DNA from: Balanoglossus misakiensis
Taxonomy: Eukaryota; Animalia; Hemichordata
Length of the DNA: 64,000 bases
Direction of reading: 5' to 3'
Assembly: GCA_040954595.2 (NCBI GenBank)
Contig: CM082581.2
Location: forward strand, 14,251,350-14,315,349
Both the position numbers and the translations under genes were made by a program. How positions within the stretch are numbered: position 1 is the stretch's first letter; every line of letters begins with the position of its first letter. The notes under the pieces were generated by a model, which had not been told where the DNA came from, ran no database searches, and was given only the letters and a program-made list of their open reading frames with translations. Positions 35,880 to 47,200 of this stretch are shown here, in pieces.

Positions 35880-38800
35880 ATGTTTTTCGGGACAGTTCGT
35901 GTGACCATCAAAAAAGGACTTATCTGGCAGTCTGTTAGGCGTTTTTCACGGTCAACAATGGCGGAAGCAGAAACCCCCAAACAAGTATTTGAAGTAAAGA
36001 AAATGAAACTGGACATTGACAAGCACGAATTCAGTTCCTTGTTTACCCCCGAGCTGAAGAGACTGGCAGATGTTTTCAAACAACACAACCATGAACTGCG
36101 GATTGCGGGTGGTGCAGTAAGAGATCTTCTCATGGGTGTAAGTAGTGTTTACATGTCAGTAAAGCTTCAACTCCGAAAGTCGGATCTGGTTCACTTAGTG
36201 GACACGACTATACTCCATGGGCGATAACATGGTTTTTTAGGGTTAGGGTTAGGAGGGTTAGGGTTAGGGTTAAATTCACTCTCACATTGCCACCCCTAAC
36301 CCTCCTAACCCTAACCCTAACTCACCCTCATTGCCATGGTATCGTTGCCATGCATGGGGTATAGTCGTGTCCACTAAGTGAACCAGATCCCGAAAGTGTG
36401 TGTGTGGTGTGTACATTTAGAGTTGAACAGTTACAAATGTACCCTATTACCAATGTCAACCTTCAATGAGTGTAAATGTTGATAAATCATTTTACATGTA
36501 CCCTACTTGTTTTACAGAAACGGCCACACGATTTAGATTTTGCGACGACAGCAACACCAACTGAAATGAAGGAAATGTTTGGAAGCGAAGGAATAAGAAT
36601 GTTGAACACGAAGGGAGAGAAACACGGCACAATAACCCCGAGGATAAACACTTCCAATTTCGAGGTAACAACACTTCGTGTAGATGTACTTACAGATGGA
36701 AGGCACGCTGAGGTTGAGTTCACAAGAGACTGGAAAATAGATGCTGAAAGGCGAGACCTTACCATCAATTCCATGTTCTTAGGTGAGATAGTCATCCTGA
36801 CTGGAAAATTGTGCACACACTTTATACAGAAACTCAATAAAACAGCCTGTGTCCCCATAGCTGCAATAATTGTAGCCTTGGTGCAGGTGGGCTGGTGTAA
36901 GCTGTCGGCTCGCCTGATCGCTGACGATCAGATGAGCCGACGGCTTACCAGCCCACCACCAAGGCTACTATTATTGCAGCTAGTATTCCCATATTCTGGT
37001 CTCCATACCCAGTGTGTTTTATATAGACTCCTGTGTGTGAGTCTGAGTCTATCTAAAACACACTGGGTATGGAGACCAGGCTAGTGTCCCCATGATACTG
37101 GACTAATTTATTATACCACAGAAAGTACCTTTAGGTAAACATATGCCAATTTAATACATATGATGGAAACTTTTCTGTACCTTGCCAAAACCCATCTTAC
37201 TGTTGCATGTCCCAAAACACGCACACACACAAAACTGATCTGTATCAGTTACACTGTATTTATATGTAGCACATAAATTGTTAAAATTGTGCGGGAGAGA
37301 GAGAGGGGGGAAATGTCTGCCGTCTTACCTTTATATGATTAGCTGTGGTAAATGTATTTGATTTTTTGTCCACTTCTCAAATATTCGTTTTGGCCAGGTC
37401 TGGATGGAACTTTATATGATTTCTTCAGTGGTCAAGAAGATCTCGAAAAACGCAAAGTAGAATTTGTAGGCAATGCTGTTACAAGAATACAAGAAGATTA
37501 TCTCAGAATTCTCCGATACTTCAGGTATTTAGAGAAAATGAAAATATTCTTTTTTTTTCTCAAATTGACATGTGCTTGTGTTAAAGTCACATGGTCTATC
37601 TTTAAAATTTTTAGAGCAATGTTGTTTTGAAAACTTTGGCTTTGTCTTTCTGTAGGTTTTATGGCAGGATAGCAGAGAGCCCTGATAAACACAGCCCCGA
37701 AACATTGAAAGCAATCCAAGAAAATGCCGATGGATTGGCAGGAATATCTGGAGAAAGAATCTGGATGGAGCTCAAGAAAATTGTAGTTGGTAACCATGCT
37801 GCTAGTCTTATGAAGTGTATGTATGTCCTAGGTCTGCATACATTCATGGGTTAGTTACCAACTCTTGTTCTCCTTTCACGTGTTCAATTTTGTGACCTTT
37901 GACCAGGGTTTCTTGTAGGATCAGAGGGATAATAGGTGAACACAGAGCCTGAGGGCAGTGTTTTCACAGAACATTTAGTGCAGCAAATAATGGCTGCTTT
38001 TGAGAACTGTTATAATCATTAATGTAGAAGTCAAATGATTTTGTTGATTGTTTCCTCCAGATATTATTATGACTTAATTTACTGGGTTGGTTTTGGACTT
38101 TTTCAGGACTACCTAAAGATGGTAATCTGAATGAATTTCAGATAATTTGCAATAGATCACATTTGCTACAGCCAAACCCCATAACAGTTCTCTGTGCATT
38201 GTTCAAAAATGAAGATGATGTACTTCTCCTGGAGAATAGATTGAAAATCTCAGCGGAGGAGAAAAAAGTAGGCTTGTTCATCGTAGACAACAGAAAAGAT
38301 TTTACGCATGAAGATCCTTCAAAGCCATACAAGGATATGATGATAATGGTGAGTTGGTTTTAAGTATGTGAACTGATGTCTATTCTGAAATTGGCACAGT
38401 CAGTGTCTGTTGTAATACATGTACTTTTGAAATTTTGTTGTGGTTACTATCATATGCTCTAATTTAGTCAGCGTAAGGACCATTTTGTTATTGTACCATC
38501 CTGCACCACTGCTATGCCTATAAGGTTCTTTAAATGTTTACTTTACATCATCTTCATCATCAAGTATACTGTACAATCTTTGTCCTTGAATTTTGGTCTG
38601 TCAACTTTCACTGTACATGCATCCTTTTGTTTTTCCCAGGGATCAGTACGGGATCGTGAAACACCTTCAAGGGTCATGGAATTACTGAAGTACAAAGGCG
38701 AAGCTGAGCTACTGAGGGAATTGCAAAATTGGCAGATGCCTAAATTTCCTGTGTCAGGGAAGGACTTGATAAACATGGGAATTAAGCCGGGCAAAAAGTT

Positions 38801-38903
38801 TGGCAGACATATTGACAGACTTCGAGAGAGCTGGAAAGATAGTAATTACTGTGCAACAAAGGATGAACTTCTGAAGCAAGCAGAGCGCTTTAAGTCAGAG
38901 TAA
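35880..38903 (+). CDS. TRNT1: CCA tRNA nucleotidyltransferase 1 (class II CCA-adding enzyme), ~449 aa with putative mitochondrial presequence
   Basis: Exons 35880-36137, 36518-36782, 37398-37524, 37656-37849, 38107-38348 and 38640-38903. Motifs: [75 protein letters not shown] and [10 protein letters not shown]. Confidence 0.97.
36182..36390. mobile_element. MITE with 38-bp TIRs and internal inverted telomeric (TTAGGG)n arrays, in TRNT1 intron 1
   Basis: TIR GGATCTGGTTCACTTAGTGGACACGACTATAC(T/C)CCATG at both ends, with 1 mismatch. Flanking duplication CGAAAGTC / CGAAAGTG (7 of 8 bp). TTAGGG array at ~36237-36272 and CCCTAA array at ~36294-36320. Confidence 0.85.
36872..36968. repeat. Long palindromic hairpin (TAGCC...GGCTA-ended mini-element), TRNT1 intron 2
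   Basis: Arms of about 45 bp, GTAGCCTTGGT..GGTGGGCTGG..TAAGCTGTCGGCTCGCCTGATCG / CGATCAGATGAGCCGACGGCTTACCAGCCCACCACCAAGGCTAC, with a 4-nt loop. Confidence 0.8.
36996..37079. repeat. Second long hairpin in TRNT1 intron 2
   Basis: 35-bp arms CTGGTCTCCATACCCAGTGTGTTTTATATAGACTC / GAGTCTATCTAAAACACACTGGGTATGGAGACCAG, with 1 mismatch and a 14-nt loop. Confidence 0.85.
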
Positions 38904-39529
38904 ACGGTAGCTTGGATATTTTGCTGCAGAATTTTAGAGTGCCAAGGGAAACAGGTAGCAAACATTCAAGTGTCAAATTGAGTTGGAATCAATGAGATGG
39001 AAGGTACCAGGCAGTTATTCAGCAATTGTACCAAACAATGTATAACAGTCATTCAGTGAGATCCAAGTTGTATTTAGCAACTTTTCAGTATGGTCACACT
39101 ACACGGAAATGATCCTGCAACCTCCAGAGGGGAATGCATGATGGAAGTGGCAACATTATGTCTGGCCTGACAGAAACAATATCTCACTACTGAATCAAAT
39201 GATTGGATTTATTTCTTGATTACTAGTGGCTGTCAGGGTGCCATCCAAGATTATCAGGGAAGTCATTAAAACTGTTGAAACATCGCTGATTCTTATTATC
39301 AGAGTAAACTTTTGTCTAAATATATTGGTTACATTTTGTTTTGTTTCTGTAATCACTCTACCAAATATGGAGATTGGTTTATACCATACTTTAAGTAAAA
39401 ATACTGTTACAAGTTTGTCCTTGAATAAAATAAATGACATACAGTACTATAATGTGTTTCAAGCATAATGTACTTTACTGAAAATGATTAGCACATTCTA
39501 TGATACAGTCAAGTTAATGATAAACTTAA

Positions 39530-40105
39530 AGGTCGCATGCCATGCCCTATACAACCACGCGTAAAATCACTCTTTGGGTCTTGAAGTTAACGTATGTTAC
39601 TATCTTGCATTGCGTATCACCCTCTGTGCTTAGATAACAGGCAAGTAAAAGTGACGAGTGGGCGTGTACCCCTAACCCAACTCAGTCGATTTTTTTCGGC
39701 TTTTCGAAGTTAAGCCGAAGACTTATCTTGATGTGGACAAATAGTCTTTCACACCTTTGTAAATCCTCTGCCTGTAATGTGAGGCAAGGGCTTCCTTTGC
39801 TTTGAACACTGTTTATGTAGCTTGCCTTTGTCTGTGGACTTAAATACTCATGGACCGCTAATTACACTTTACTGTAAACAGAATGGTACACTACGATGTA
39901 GTGTACTTGTTTGTCCATATGCAAATACCTTCGCCTGGCTCGAGTGCGAAGTGGCTCCCTGATCACAGGCATGATAAAAGGGGGCAAATTCCGACATTCG
40001 CGCACATTTTTCGGAACCGACACAATAGGCAATGCATAGACGGGTACCCTAGGTGAGCTTTAGATGGGGAAAAATGAAAACTTTTCAAAGCATGTCATAA
40101 ACCCT
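39530..40105. mobile_element. Putative Kolobok-like non-autonomous DNA transposon (TTAA-flanked)
   Basis: TTAA|AGGTCGCATGCCATGC ... GCATGTCATAAACCCT|TTAA. Imperfect TIRs (11/16); the interior is richer in GC/CpG than the flanks. Confidence 0.45.
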
Positions 40106-41713
40106 TTAAAACTCACGTTTGTATTATTCTTAGCCGTTATAAACTAAGAATTAAATAATACAAAATGCATTTGTCTGCGAATAGAATTATATTTGTTAAT
40201 AAAATGGCATTATGGCAACATTGGTTAAAGTCTGTATATACATTCACGGTTTAGTCAGTTTTGAGATAAATTCATGACAACATCCAGGAATGTAAAAAGG
40301 TGTGAGAATCCACTATGTCCAATTGTCTACACAAAGCTATGCTACTGTGGCTTTCTAACACAACAACAAAACTCTAATATTTACAGCATTAGCTGCCACA
40401 AAACACTGTTAAACATGTGCTAGTTTCAGACAAGTGTAAATCCTGTTTTGGTTTGTCTGGTTTTGTGAGGATTTTCATCTGAAACCAATAAAACCATGAA
40501 TTATACACAAAATTTAGGCCATTTCAGCAAAGGAATGTTTAAAAAAAATTCAAAATTGGAGAGGAATCTAAGACTTGACAATGACAGAAATAATACTGAA
40601 ATTCACGTGGCAATTCACGGCTTTATTTTTATCAAATAACACTATTACTTCAGGTACACAAGTACTCATTTCAAAGAATAGCTTGTGAATCAATTAAACT
40701 CTTCTGGAAAATTAAACTCGCCTTCCCACAAGATACTGCTGCACAGTACCTTACTTACATGTATTAGTATTAAATAAAATATTCAGCAAACTGGTTTTTA
40801 AATGCAGATTTTTATGGCTGAAGGAATGCGGTCTGACTACAGAAATACAACTTTTGTAAAGCATGATTTCAGAATATGATATGATTTTCTTGAAATTAGA
40901 GTGATACTTTTCAGATGTGGAATGGGATTTTTCCAGGAACTGGCCGTATGAATGGGAATGATTTGAATATAAAAGACAGACCAGTGTTTCTCATCTATTT
41001 GCAAATTAATTTCCCTACAATACACTTCTATAAACAAAGAGAAGTACATGGATGTTTTTCACACCTGAGTAAATCTTCAAAGGTGCTGCAGGCTCTAGCC
41101 TGTAAAATGCTGGGAATTTTTTACAAAGGAAAGAATGACTGAGTTGAGGGATTATGGGGTGGAGTGATTCTAGAGATCAACTCAGCTGCCATGCCTGCAC
41201 GACATTGATCATTATAATTGATTTGGATGATAGTTTCATTTTCCCAAATGCTATTTTGTAACATTACTGCTACAAAAAATACTACAGTTCTTTTGAAAAT
41301 ATGCATACGATTATCAGGAAAGCTTTCATAAAATAAACCCACAAATACAAATTGCTGAAATAAAATATGCATTTTAAAAAGAAGTGACAGTAAACTGATG
41401 TATAAAAGTCTTCCAAAAAAACAAACAACCAAAGGCAAAATATTCTGTATATAGTGAGTGGTGCATGTCTTATGAATTAGTGAATAATGACATGTGGACA
41501 TGGCCATGTTACAGCAATCTCATAAGCATTTATCAGCATTGGTGGCGCACTTTCCCAGAAACTGTCGGGGAGGTTCCCTTGGTAGCTAAAAATTTAGCAT
41601 CTGTACAATGGAAAGAATGCAAAATCTGTGACTGGACTTTCAGAAATAAAAAAATCAGATTGCTTATCTCTATTGCAATGTTTATTGCAAAATGACTGTT
41701 GATAAAATTGCAC

Positions 41714-42620
41714 TAAGGGACCGTTCAGTTTTTAAGGCAGGGGGGGGGGGGGGCGGCAAGTTTTTGTCATCGGTTCTCAAAATCAGGCCGACCCCCCCTT
41801 CACCCTGGACCAAAAAATGATGACCCCCCTTTGACAGACCCAAAAATATGATGACCCCCCCCCCACGCCCAAAACATTCGCCGTCCTGATCCTATGTACA
41901 CTGTATGCAATAAAAGGGAATGAGGCTCCTCACACCTCAATTATATATTTCTTAAAGTATTATTGAAGTATATAATAGTATATCGTTGCAATAAAGAAAT
42001 CTATGAACAAATTAAAATGACAAGTCAATACAATAGTTGCTAGAATTTGTAAAACAAGAAAAGTGGTGGGGGTGGGCGTGGGAGGGGCTGTCCCCCTCCC
42101 ACATAAGAAAATTTTGTAAAATATGTAGCGCAAAGTTGCATTTTAATGAACTCAAAAGCAAATTATCTCAATGTTTGGGAGGACCAATTTTACTTTTTGC
42201 CACTCCACTCAAAGTTAGAAGATTTGGCGTCACCTTGTCATGACATCATTTATAAAACTTCTAGTATAGAGGAGATGCATCTATCAGTTATGCAAAATGG
42301 TTTAAACGATTATTCTCCTTTATGTATTCACTTTGTTAAATATTATCATTGGTGGGGTTGGGGTGGCAAGCACTCTGCCCTGGTACACTAGACAAACCAG
42401 CAAAAAATGAAATGTGGCGGAGAATGAATGGGGTGGGTGTCCCCCTCCCACATTAGAAAATTTTGTAAAATAAAGGGTGCGAAACTGCAATTTTGTGGAC
42501 TCAAAAGCAAAAGTTCGGTGGCAAAAGTATGTGACCCCCCCCTTCACGTTTAAAAAAACCAGATGACCCCCCCCCCCCCCCTTGTGGACTTCAAAATTTA
42601 AGTGACCCCCCTAACCCTAA
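41714..42620. mobile_element. Interspersed non-autonomous repeat with poly-G/C tracts and internal direct repeats
   Basis: Starts TAAGGGACCGTTCAGTTTTT-polyG and contains repeated TGACCCCCC units. A ~75-bp internal direct repeat occurs at ~42089-42162 and ~42438-42511 (TGTCCCCCTCCCACAT.AGAAAATTTTGTAAAATA...ACTCAAAAGCAAA). No matching right TIR was found. Confidence 0.55.
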
Positions 42621-44225
42621 CTTTAATAAATAACTTTGCTCTAGGTTGTAAATAGCTTGGTATAAAGGAATGTACATGTATAAATATGCAATTGAGTCCA
42701 TTTGATAGAATCTGGCATTGGTTTCACGGCAAAAAAAATTGAGAATGCAAAAAAAACTAATTGCATTGCACTTTTGTCTACATTCATTGAAATACCAAGC
42801 ATGTGTCAAAGGTTACCATCCCCTCCTCCACATACCTCCCATACGGACCTAAGCTACCAATTGTGTAATTGTAGAATAAAATTCAGATGTGAATGCTGTA
42901 TGGGGGAGGGGTTATTAAAACAGCAAAATCTTTTCCTTTGACAATGATGAACTCTTTCTCGCCGACAACAGGGATAGCTATGTGCAATGTCTCGTAACAT
43001 TGTAAATGAATTTGAATAACACTTTTTGCACTATTGTTGTGAGTGTATCGAATTCCTTGTTGTCACACTATCTCTATTCTATCTACTATACTGAGCTTCT
43101 TATGTTTTGCACTGCACATATGTTGAGTTGTAAGTTCATTTATTGTAACTCAATTCTCGGACCTTTGATTCAATCATGCACCTTGGTTTCGTAATGCAGG
43201 GAATGAGCATCTGACCTACTTTGCAGGTACATGTATAATGTCATTCACAAATTAAATGGAGATAGCAGATATGCACTGAACTTTTCTGTCTACAAATGAT
43301 AATACCAACAATACTTAAACATGTACACACCTGTGCAACAGTACACAGAGTAATAACAATCAAACCTTTCAGTTGAAATAAACTCCCATCGATTCAGGAT
43401 AATACATGTTGTACACATCATTACTCGCATCTGTAATTCTCACTCGCTAACACGGTGTTTAGTACACCTGCTCCTCCACCAATCAAAGAACAGCTAGTAT
43501 TTCTACTGGCATTCATTGAATAGATGACCTAATCATTGCAAAATATATATGTTCCATTTTGCATATTCAGAAAAGTGATTACATAACTGCGGCGAGGCAA
43601 ATTACGTATAAGACTTGGTTAAAAAATACTGCATATGAAAATATCAACATCATCACTGTTATCTGCACAACTCTCCAATGATCAGAGAAAATGGCACACA
43701 CACCCGCTTATGCAGTAATCGATTGAAGGCTCTGTACCATTATAAATATTCATTGTGACCAACACTACAGTACATGAACACTGAATCATGTTTATTCCAA
43801 TCACTCTGGTTTGCACTTTTATAATAGATTTCTATGATTGCATTCACTTAAATATCTTTGACACTCATTTTTCTACTACACACAGCAACGCTACATTGAT
43901 TACAAAACAGCATGAGTCCATGAATGCTTGTCTTACCAAAGAGGCTACCTGGCCAGCTTCCACATACTGACTTGGCATGACATCGCTTGCACAACCAATT
44001 ACTATTTCTCAATATGTTTTGAACCCTGTGGCTTCTGTTTTCTTTTTAAAAATTGGGACCTTTAAATTTGATCATTATGAAAAAAAATCCTCAGCTGGTA
44101 TTTATAATTAATAATAATTCTTCTGATTCTCCTCAAACACACTCATATCCAAAAAACATTGGAATTTGTAACTCTACCATAATACCTACATCCTATAATA
44201 CTCTAATATACCAACACTATATGTA

Positions 44226-47200
44226 CTAGCAAACTGTCGGGTTTGGGTTGGGGCGTCTGGGGACTGCTGGTTTTCTAGGAGGTACAGGGGCCCGCCGCCC
44301 TGGTGCAACAGGTCTTAGAGGTAGAGTGTTTGGCCTGGATGGAGTGTCTGGTTGTGAACTGTTCTGTCCAGGTCTGTTTGGCTTTGGTGGGGGTGCTGGT
44401 CGGCTGGCTTTGCCGCTGCTCTGGTCAGGCTGTGACCTGGCTGCAGCTGGAGGTGCCAGCGGTCTTGCAGGGGGCACACCGGGTCGTGTCACTCCATTCG
44501 CATGGTCGTCTCCATTGAGATTGATCTCTGTAAATCCTTGGTTGTGTTCGGCTGATTTTCTCTCCAATGATCGCCTGTCGAAGTTCCCTGTGTATGGTAC
44601 CCTGTGTATTGGCCTGCTTTGCGACTTGACTGCTGGTTTTGGTTTGGTTTGCGGATGAGACTGCGGTTTTGATGTTTTTAGCTGATGTGTCTTCAGAATC
44701 TCTGGCTGTGTTTGTCTTCTCACACCATTAGATTCAATTTCGCTTTGCCTACAAAAAAATTGAAGCAGACAATAAACTACTGAGAGCACAGCACAGCACC
44801 AAAAGCAACCAGATTGCTTGTTCATATCTTAGAAAATATTCAATACACATCATCCTCTGACATCATCGCTTCTTAAAGGGACAAAGTCTCACTCTCGCTG
44901 CCCTTTTCCCATTAATTATGTTTGATACAAGACAACGTGTATGTTAATGTACATGTCGATATGAATATCAATGTTCAACAACACATACCTTCCATCCCGT
45001 TGGTAGACACAAGAGTGAAAAAACACGCAGAAATGAATAATCGGTCTCTACCATTTATTCACACTTTGGGCAAGTTGTTACTCTCATATCCTACAAGCGG
45101 GATGGAAGTTGTGTGGTTGAACGTTCATTCACTACATATACACATGTACATTAACATAAATGGTGTCTTGTATCAAACATAATTAATGGAAAAAGGGCAG
45201 CGAGAGAGAGAGACTTTGTCCCTTTAAGGTCCCTTAATGATCAGTTGAACTCTGTACGATCGCCAACAAATCTTTGTATTGACCCTTTCGATGGAATGAG
45301 CAGATATGGTGTGTGGTGATAGCGCCCTCAAGAGGTGGTGAATTGTGGTACAGTGGTTATCTTATAGTCATACACAAACTGCCACACACAAAAAATTGTC
45401 ATGACCTGACTTGACTTTTCTGGCAGCCAGTGTTTTGTAATCTTCTTAGGCTGAGCTTTACAGAATGTCTGATAGCGATTGAAAGTTCACTTACTTGTAG
45501 TTTCTACTGCGCCACCAAGCTTGGATTCTATTACGGTGGTACAACAGACAGATACCACCCACAAACAGACACGGTACAACCACCAAACACAGGATCAGAA
45601 TAACTATCACCGTACCACTGGAGGCTGGTTCTGCAAATCAAATTGTGAACAAATCATGACATCTCTTTGAACTGTTTTTTCTTCTGTCCATTCAGAAAGA
45701 GCCTATTGTCCCCTCTACATTCCCTGGTAAGTTGACTGACCCGTCCACAAAGTAGAGGATCGCGCAACTGCTGCAAGGATTGCAGGGGGTGGTAAGATTA
45801 GAAAGGATGGGCAATTCATTCTACAACTGTATTCACGTTAGAAGCGACAGTGAAAGTCTGCAGATCTATCACACACAACATCCGTACTAATGTTGTCAGA
45901 CCTATCAAAATACTTTTTATATAATGTTTTCAAAATTTAAAAGAGATAATAACATCTCAAGTACTTCACGGAAAGTGTGATATGGACAAAATATGAATAG
46001 CCAAACACAAGTCATAACAACTTTTTGTGCTGGCAATTTTCACAGAAATTTTGAAAGCTGACTCCCAAGGCGGACAAATCTGCAGACTTGAGATAGATAT
46101 ACGTAACTCAAAGCAAGACCTGAAATTGTAACCAGCCACAGATGTTACTGGAGTCATCATGCTTTGACCCCACTTAATGTTTTTTATACTTAATTAAAGC
46201 GCCACGCTGCATAAGCTATCCTTCCTGCTATTGCAATGGTTTGCCCAAAAATGTTTTGTTTGTTGGGATGGCGCATTCAGCAGGAAGGGATGGGCAGTTT
46301 GACATTTGTGTTACCTGTGATGGGTATCTGAATTTGAACTTGCGTGTGATAATCAGAAGTGGTAGCGTAAAAGTCTGTAATGTCTGTAAGGACACTGGGT
46401 TCAGTAGTAGTTAGTGCTGTAAAAATCGAAGAAAAAAAAGAAATATCAAGTATATCATGCCGGATTTACAAAAGCAAAACTGACAAAAACAGTACATTCA
46501 CCAAATATTGAAAAGTAAAGAGTAAATATGTCTAGACACACACTACAAATGCAGGCTACACATACCACTACAATAAAACAGTCAAAACCCAGTAAATTTA
46601 GAGCTGTCATTTTCTGTCGAAAGAAGAACATTCATGTGTGAAAAGGAAATATGCATTTCATAGAGACTAGAAATGACAAAAGATAAGTCATGCAAAGGAA
46701 AAGAAACTGAAGAAGACCGGAGGTAGCAATTATTTACATATACCAAAATGATATGATATCAATTTTCTTATATTTAGAAAATAAAATATGCATGACATGA
46801 ACCGATTATGACAAATAAACTGTCAGTGTGAGATCAAAAAATTATATGCTATGGTTTACTACTACGAAAACACAAATTCTATAGTTATGATACATGAACG
46901 AAACTGTTTCTGTTTTCTTATTTCATCTGCATGTACATGTCTGCTGTGTGCAGGGTGCCACTTTGTAATGAGATTGGGTAGGCTGTTGCATTGTGGGTAA
47001 AGCTTGGAAATGAGAGTAGGGCGCAGACTGAGGTCATTGGATTTCCTAGGTTACTCTGCCAGGCTTGCTTTGAGTACAATATACACACAGTACAGTTGAC
47101 CACAGATATAATGCACATTTAAAACTAACAAATACCATCATGTGTACACTATGTAAAAGTGGGAAGAGGGTATCTAAAGTTGACAGAATCGTAATTCCGC

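Noticed and set aside
36237-36320. Head-to-head TTAGGG/CCCTAA as an ancestral chromosome fusion site
   Set aside because: Enclosed by TIRs and a TSD inside an intact gene's intron; better explained as a transposon.
44248-44658. Gly-rich plus-strand ORF, and similar antisense ORFs at 2172-2579, 10318-10623 and 32496-32807
   Set aside because: These are antisense shadows of real minus-strand exons.
46918-47070. Possible alternative terminal exon giving a secreted ADAM12-S-like form
   Set aside because: Weak AAG acceptor and only a few codons before a stop; cannot be supported without transcripts.
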